NCBI GenBank assembly: GCA_040377305.1 | Contig: JBEIPA010000006.1 | Coordinates: 1 to 64,000 of the forward strand | Direction of reading: 5' to 3' | From: Flavobacteriales bacterium | GTDB taxonomy: Bacteria; Bacteroidota; Bacteroidia; Palsa-965 | DNA length: 64,000 nucleotides | Shown: positions 58,678 through 64,000 of the stretch, piece by piece | Position numbering within the stretch: the stretch's first letter is position 1 | How the letters are laid out: each line of letters opens with the position of its first letter | Notes under the pieces: model-generated | What the model was told of the DNA's origin: nothing | Database searches by the model: none | What the model saw: only the letters and a program-made list of their open reading frames with translations | Position numbers and translations under genes: made by a program

Positions 58678-60345
58678 CTAGTAATCGTCCTGCGCCCGGA
58701 ACAGTGGCAAACACAATCCCACCATCACAAACGACGACTTCAACTTGTGATTGATGAGCTTCGTTTTCTCCGAACGTGCAATTGCAGTCAACTGCACACG
58801 CAACGGAAAACTGGTGTTGAACACATACGACGCATTAATCTTCGCAAGGAAAATATTCGTCGCGTATCCCTGGAAAACTTTGTTGCCATAGTCAAACTCG
58901 CGATCGCGGTAAGACTGAAAAACATTCTGCCCGTAATTCATCGTGTCGTTTACATCGCGACCGTAACGCACACCAACGAGCTGACCGGTTACAGTCAATC
59001 CTTTTACGTTGTACGAAAGCAATCCCATCACTTCCGCAAAGTTCGCTCCCATAGGATGTGCAAGAGGCTGCGGTCCGTGCGAATAACTCTGCTGCGGACT
59101 CCCATGCGAATACGTGTACGGGCGAACAACATTCACTTCCATCTGCATGAAAAGATTGTCGATCATCCCGAAGTTGAAACACTTGTAACCAACTTGCGCG
59201 CCTTGTTTATTCGCCCACCAGCCTGCACTCCAGCTCCTGATTTCCTTCAGATAAAATTCATCCAGAATAATCTGTCCGTACAATAAGTTGTTGCGGTTGA
59301 AACGAATTTTTCCCGCGATACCAAGCATGGCATTGTCGGAAGATCCGAGCGAATATTCTACCGGACGAAAGAACACCATCGGATTCAGATAGTTCGCATC
59401 AAACCAACGTTGACGATTCGAGTCTGTTCCCTGCCAAACAATTCCTTCGAAGACAGAAATGTTCAGCCACTTTGCTGCGTTGAAACTGAGGTAATGAAAC
59501 GATGCAAATTTGCTTCTGTAATCTTTGTTGCTGCCGCTAGACATGGTCCAATCCTGCAACCACGCGAACAAAGAAGTGTATTGCAGTTTCCAGACTGTAG
59601 TTTGCGCTTTGATGTATGGATAAGCTGCGCCCTGATCTCCAAGAAATAGCGAACGGTTTCCATCGCCCCAGAAATGTTTATCGCGACCCACCTGCAAATT
59701 AAAAACAGGCGTTGGACGCCAGATGATATTTCCGGAGAGGTGCTGGAATCCATACTTCCCGGATGAGTCAAGCATGTACGCACGATCACCCCAGCCCGGG
59801 ACAAATCCCGAAGTGGAAGCGAGTGAATCCTGATAGTTGGGCAAAACAGTAATCCCGCTTACTAAACGTGCTTCGTATCCGAGCTTCATGTTGAAGTCGC
59901 CGGAGAGCGCAACACCTGCAGCAGTAGTCAAGAGCATACGACTTGCTTTGAGATCGTAGCCTGCACGCAAATCGTAAATAGGACGGATTGCAAATTCTGC
60001 TGAGTGATCAAGCCTCGCTGCAGAAACGTAATTGTAATTCGGCGAACCTTTGCTGTACACCGATTGCATGCTTAGGCGTGGCGGAACAATGATCGGTTTT
60101 GAGGGGCGAATCTCAGAGTCAATCCGGCGAACTGTATCTGCAGGAATTACATCCATGTCAACATACGGCTTAACCGCACTGTGCCGCGTTTGCTGAATCG
60201 CACTATCACGACCAGTCGGTACGCTGCTGTTCATCCACAAAGTATGCTGTGCAGATGCAGTTGTAGTGATCAGGAAAAATACGGGAAAGATGAGGAGACG
60301 GAAACTGCGCATTGCGCGCTGAATGCTGCGTACTGCGTACTGCAT
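58678..60345 (-). CDS. Outer-membrane protein, capsule assembly Wzi / RemB-like
   Basis: GRDKHFWGDG.RSLFL, YGQIILDE and VRPYTYSH...LAHPMGANF motifs. Start is 60345 or 60312. Confidence 0.75.
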   Translation of the reverse strand: MQYAVRSIQRAMRSFRLLIFPVFFLITTTASAQHTLWMNSSVPTGRDSAIQQTRHSAVKPYVDMDVIPADTVRRIDSEIRPSKPIIVPPRLSMQSVYSKGSPNYNYVSAARLDHSAEFAIRPIYDLRAGYDLKASRMLLTTAAGVALSGDFNMKLGYEARLVSGITVLPNYQDSLASTSGFVPGWGDRAYMLDSSGKYGFQHLSGNIIWRPTPVFNLQVGRDKHFWGDGNRSLFLGDQGAAYPYIKAQTTVWKLQYTSLFAWLQDWTMSSGSNKDYRSKFASFHYLSFNAAKWLNISVFEGIVWQGTDSNRQRWFDANYLNPMVFFRPVEYSLGSSDNAMLGIAGKIRFNRNNLLYGQIILDEFYLKEIRSWSAGWWANKQGAQVGYKCFNFGMIDNLFMQMEVNVVRPYTYSHGSPQQSYSHGPQPLAHPMGANFAEVMGLLSYNVKGLTVTGQLVGVRYGRDVNDTMNYGQNVFQSYRDREFDYGNKVFQGYATNIFLAKINASYVFNTSFPLRVQLTAIARSEKTKLINHKLKSSFVMVGLCLPLFRAQDDY

Positions 60346-61484
60346 CAAGCTGCTGCTTCGTTGAGATGACGGGTTTTTCCGCCCGGTTTCTGTTTCGCCG
60401 TATGTGCGCGCTTGAGCATCCATGGTATGAATGTAAGCATCAGAACTGTTCCTCCGGTAACAATGAAAGACATCGTAACATTCATCGTCAGACTGGTAAC
60501 AATTGCCAATCCAATCAATGCAATGTTCGCAGCGTAAATCCAGATTACGGTTTTAGCATGACCCATTCCGCTGTCGATCAGCAAATGGTGCAAGTGATTT
60601 CTGTCGGCAGAGAATGGAGAAACTCCACGCAATGCACGGTGACCGAAAATGCGAAGTGTGTCTGTTAACGGATAGGCAAGTACGGCCATTCCAACAACAG
60701 GATTCAACAGTGGTCTGATCCACGCAGGAGTTGTTGCAGTCGGCGTGTACTCAATGAATGTGATCACCAGAACGCTCATGATGAGTCCGATGCTGAGTGA
60801 ACCGGAGTCGCCCATGAAAATTTTCGCGGGATTAAAGTTGAAAACGAGGAACGCTGCAAGTGCGCCTGTTAATGAGAACGCAAGTACAGCCGGGACAAGT
60901 TGATCCGTGAATGCAAACGCAACACCAAGCGTAGCAGCGCCAATCAATCCAACGCCCGATGCAAGTCCGTCTACGCCATCAATAAGATTGTATGCGTTGA
61001 CAACAACGATGAATGCAAACAAGGAAAGGAAAATACTTGCCCAAAGCGGAATGTCCTGAATGCCGAATAATCCGTGCATGCTGCGGATGCGGGTTTCTGC
61101 CATTAAGACGAGAATCATTCCGACAATCACGTGCGCTGCGAGTTTCTTGATTGGTGCTGTTCCAATGATATCGTCTTTAATGCCGACGAAGAACATGATG
61201 ATGAGTGTTGCCACTACAAACTGGAACAAACGAATTCCGTCCTGACCAACTTCTGCTTCCGACTTATCGAAAGGGAACCACAGTGAACAGGCGAAAAGAG
61301 TTGCCGCAAAAATGATGATGCCGCCGATGGTCGGAACAACCCGCTTGTGAAGTTTCCGGGCATCCCCAGGCTCATCAAACAGACGCTTCAGGAACGCGAC
61401 CTTGATTAAGGACGGCGTAGCCAGCAAAACCACTAAAAAAGCCGTAATTCCGGCTAAAATGAGGTGTGTCATCGGTGTGAGCAT
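60345..61484 (-). CDS. WecA/MraY-family (GT4) polyprenyl-phosphate GlcNAc-1-P transferase
   Basis: RKLH...PTIGG, GIKDD, NAYNLIDGVDG, IFMGDSGS and ADRNHLHH motifs. Confidence 0.92.
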   Translation of the reverse strand: MLTPMTHLILAGITAFLVVLLATPSLIKVAFLKRLFDEPGDARKLHKRVVPTIGGIIIFAATLFACSLWFPFDKSEAEVGQDGIRLFQFVVATLIIMFFVGIKDDIIGTAPIKKLAAHVIVGMILVLMAETRIRSMHGLFGIQDIPLWASIFLSLFAFIVVVNAYNLIDGVDGLASGVGLIGAATLGVAFAFTDQLVPAVLAFSLTGALAAFLVFNFNPAKIFMGDSGSLSIGLIMSVLVITFIEYTPTATTPAWIRPLLNPVVGMAVLAYPLTDTLRIFGHRALRGVSPFSADRNHLHHLLIDSGMGHAKTVIWIYAANIALIGLAIVTSLTMNVTMSFIVTGGTVLMLTFIPWMLKRAHTAKQKPGGKTRHLNEAAA

Positions 61485-61542
61485 AGTCGCAATTAACAAG
61501 CAACCAACAGGTTATGAACAGGTTGCTGACAAAGGTAATGAT

Positions 61543-63255
61543 TTAAAAGAAATCAAAACTCTGGTTGGTGAGCGACGTCCGCAGAGCCACATATACGAAG
61601 GAAGTCGTGGTCGGGTTGCTGGTGCGGTCGATTTTCCGGGACTTATAGCCTACGGACAGATTCAGGTTGCTGGCGTAGCTGATCATCCAGCCTACATGAA
61701 TATCCATGGTGGTCAAAGTGGCGGGCGTGGTGAGCGCCGTGTTTACGACAGCATCTGATTTGAAGAGATTCGTGCCTCCATTGCCATACGCTGAATCTAC
61801 GTTTGCATGGGCAACAAAGTAGTTCGCTGAAAAGAAGAAGTCGCGGAACTTGTAATACACGGTCGCGTTGGTTTCATCAAAACCACCTCCAAGAGGATGG
61901 GCTAGCGCCTGGTTGTAATGCGACCACGACTGCAACGCATCTTCATGCGCGTACGTGAATCGATTAACCTGGTTGTATTCAAAACGTAGATGAAGATGCT
62001 TAACCGTGAATGCATTGAAGTAACGAACACCGAGCTGCCAACCTGTCTTCGCGTGATTGTCTTTGCCCAATTCATCAGCAACAAACTGTCCGTATAGCGT
62101 AACCGTTTTGAAAAGATCAGCACGAGCTGTGAATCCCAGCATGTAATTGTTCGTGTCTTTCAATCCGTACTTGGCCATGCTCGCAAACATCAACGGATTC
62201 CAATACCAGAAATCGAGATTCTGTTTGTTCAGCGAATCGGCGTGTTCGTAAACTGCTCCCTGGAAAACAGAGAATTCAAACTGACGAAGAAATTTGAACG
62301 CGAGGTGATGAACCACCATTGATTTTTTCTGAAACAAGGGTTCCGTTCCAACCGGTGTCGTCACATTTCCGCTGGTCAGATTCATCAGCGATGCATACAT
62401 CACGGTGTACTGAATGTTTTTGTTCGGCAATGCCCAGCCCGTGAACTTCGCATACGGATAATTGAAGCTGTTATCGGACAGCAACAACGAACGCACACCA
62501 TCGCCAATGAAATGTTTTCCGCTTCCGACCTGCACGTTGAAATATTTGCACACGCCCCAGGAAATATTTCCGGAAGCCATGGCATAATCGTAACCGTCGT
62601 TCTTGAATTTTTTCCAGCGACCCATTCCCGGAATCACTCCGAAACCCAACGCAAACGTATCCATGTACGCAGGAAGAAATGCCTGATTTTCCCAGAACGA
62701 AGTTTCAAAAGAGACCTTACCGATGTCGCCGCGCGCAGTTACACCGCGACTGTTTACATACGCCCGTCCTGTGTCACCAGTGCTGAAGTATTGCAGATTC
62801 AAGAGCGGATCGATGTACAAACGGAACAAAGGAATATCTCCGTTAGCGGGCTTTTCTATCTGCAACAAGCTGTTCTGCGTGTGATAACCGTAAATCCACT
62901 TTGCCAATCCACGCCGGCCTCTTATGTTGTGTTTGAACGGTCCATTATTGTGATAATTATAATACTGCCGCAATCCATGTCCTTGTTCAATGATCGGACG
63001 AAATGAAGTTTGACCCGGCCAGGCAATCACGTATGTGTCATTAATCTCAGCGATAGAATCATTCGGATCCGGAATCAGCGCATGCAGCAACGTATCGGTT
63101 TCGTAACGCAACAAATGCGGAACAAGATTGAAGCCTTTTGACCTCACCATCTGCGCTTCAGTTTCTGTCATCCATTGATCGTTCAACGGAAGATTTCCAT
63201 TCTGCGCGAATAGTGCAAGAGGTGCGAGAAAGAGTAAGAGTAGAAATCCTCTCAT
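61543..63255 (-). CDS. Outer-membrane protein, capsule assembly Wzi / RemB-like (second paralogue)
   Basis: GKHFIGDG.RSLLLSD, YGQFVADE and LAHPLGG motifs. Ends in Phe. Confidence 0.75.
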   Translation of the reverse strand: MRGFLLLLFLAPLALFAQNGNLPLNDQWMTETEAQMVRSKGFNLVPHLLRYETDTLLHALIPDPNDSIAEINDTYVIAWPGQTSFRPIIEQGHGLRQYYNYHNNGPFKHNIRGRRGLAKWIYGYHTQNSLLQIEKPANGDIPLFRLYIDPLLNLQYFSTGDTGRAYVNSRGVTARGDIGKVSFETSFWENQAFLPAYMDTFALGFGVIPGMGRWKKFKNDGYDYAMASGNISWGVCKYFNVQVGSGKHFIGDGVRSLLLSDNSFNYPYAKFTGWALPNKNIQYTVMYASLMNLTSGNVTTPVGTEPLFQKKSMVVHHLAFKFLRQFEFSVFQGAVYEHADSLNKQNLDFWYWNPLMFASMAKYGLKDTNNYMLGFTARADLFKTVTLYGQFVADELGKDNHAKTGWQLGVRYFNAFTVKHLHLRFEYNQVNRFTYAHEDALQSWSHYNQALAHPLGGGFDETNATVYYKFRDFFFSANYFVAHANVDSAYGNGGTNLFKSDAVVNTALTTPATLTTMDIHVGWMISYASNLNLSVGYKSRKIDRTSNPTTTSFVYVALRTSLTNQSFDFF

Positions 63256-64000
63256 AGACGTTCAGCGCCGGATTTCGATAGCGTATGTTCCGCGCTCAGC
63301 GAATCTTTCACCGCTGCATAAACAGCCGTGATTCCTTCTTCCAGATTAATCTTGTGTTTCCACCCAAAGGAATGAAGTTTCGTTACATCAGTGAGTTTAC
63401 GCGGAGTGCCGTCTGGTTTTGTTGGATCGAATTTCAGTTCTCCGTTGAATCCTACGACTTTTGCAATCAACCGTGCAAGATCACCGATTGAAATTTCCAC
63501 TCCGCTTCCGATGTTGACGAATCCAGGCTCGTTGAAATTCTGCATCATGTGAACGCAGGCATCGGCCATATCATCGGCATGTAAAAATTCGCGCAGTGGT
63601 TTTCCGCTGCCCCAAACTTCCACGTGCGAATCGTTGTTCATTTTCGCATTGTGAATCTTCCGAAGCAACGCGGGCAACACGTGTGAATTCTTCAGGTCGT
63701 AATTGTCATTCGGACCATAAAGATTCGTTGGCATTACAGATATGAAATTGCAATTGTATTGAGCGCGATACGCATCACACATTTTAATGCCGGTGATTTT
63801 CGCAATGGCGTAAGGCTCATTCGTAGGTTCGAGCAGTCCGGTGAGCAACGCGTTTTCATTCAAAGGCTGCGGCGCCATCTTCGGATAAATGCAGGTGGAG
63901 CCGAGGAACAATAATTTCTTCACGCCATTTGCATACGCGGAGTGAATGACGTTCGACTGAATCATCAGATTGTCGTAGAGAAATTCACCACGCAATGTGT
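63252..64000 (-). CDS. fcl: GDP-L-fucose synthase (5' end outside the window)
   Basis: LGSTCIYP, LEPTNEPYAIAK, PTNLYGPND, SHVLPAL and KPDGTPRK motifs. Confidence 0.95.
   Translation of the reverse strand, partial: TLRGEFLYDNLMIQSNVIHSAYANGVKKLLFLGSTCIYPKMAPQPLNENALLTGLLEPTNEPYAIAKITGIKMCDAYRAQYNCNFISVMPTNLYGPNDNYDLKNSHVLPALLRKIHNAKMNNDSHVEVWGSGKPLREFLHADDMADACVHMMQNFNEPGFVNIGSGVEISIGDLARLIAKVVGFNGELKFDPTKPDGTPRKLTDVTKLHSFGWKHKINLEEGITAVYAAVKDSLSAEHTLSKSGAERL

Noticed and set aside
1-64000. Integrase, transposase, prophage, tRNA or rRNA genes
   Set aside because: None was recognised in the ORF track or by eye. A tRNA could be missed without a covariance search.

Overview
64 kb of a Bacteroidota chromosome, judged from many T9SS C-terminal sorting domains and TAnnTTTG -7 promoters. 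Most genes lie on the minus strand. The window holds four tandem T9SS surface proteins with shuffled modules, a signal-peptide-less GH64-like / GH18-jacalin / papain-like gene trio, a type III R-M system (res before mod), an ArsR-SRPBCC-DUF1801 cluster, B12-dependent metH, a cyoE-cox3-cox4-SCO cluster and the end of a polysaccharide locus (fcl, wecA-like, two Wzi/RemB-like genes). The best find is an AT-rich 4.5 kb insert (about 14800-19310) that splits the enzyme trio. It has the anatomy of an integron-like cassette array with no integrase in the window: a non-palindromic attI-like entry site, a Lit/U49 peptidase cassette and a PtuA/PtuB-like ATPase-HNH cassette. Each cassette is closed by an attC-like hairpin whose TAAC box is complementary to that cassette's own GTTA start. 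Also notable are a SAM-I riboswitch swollen to about 290 nt by repeat hairpins in P3 and P4, several families of periodic palindromic repeats (some inside coding sequence), a candidate GNAT-like toxin plus small partner, and two genes broken by single lesions. Family assignments come from motif recognition only; no searches were run.
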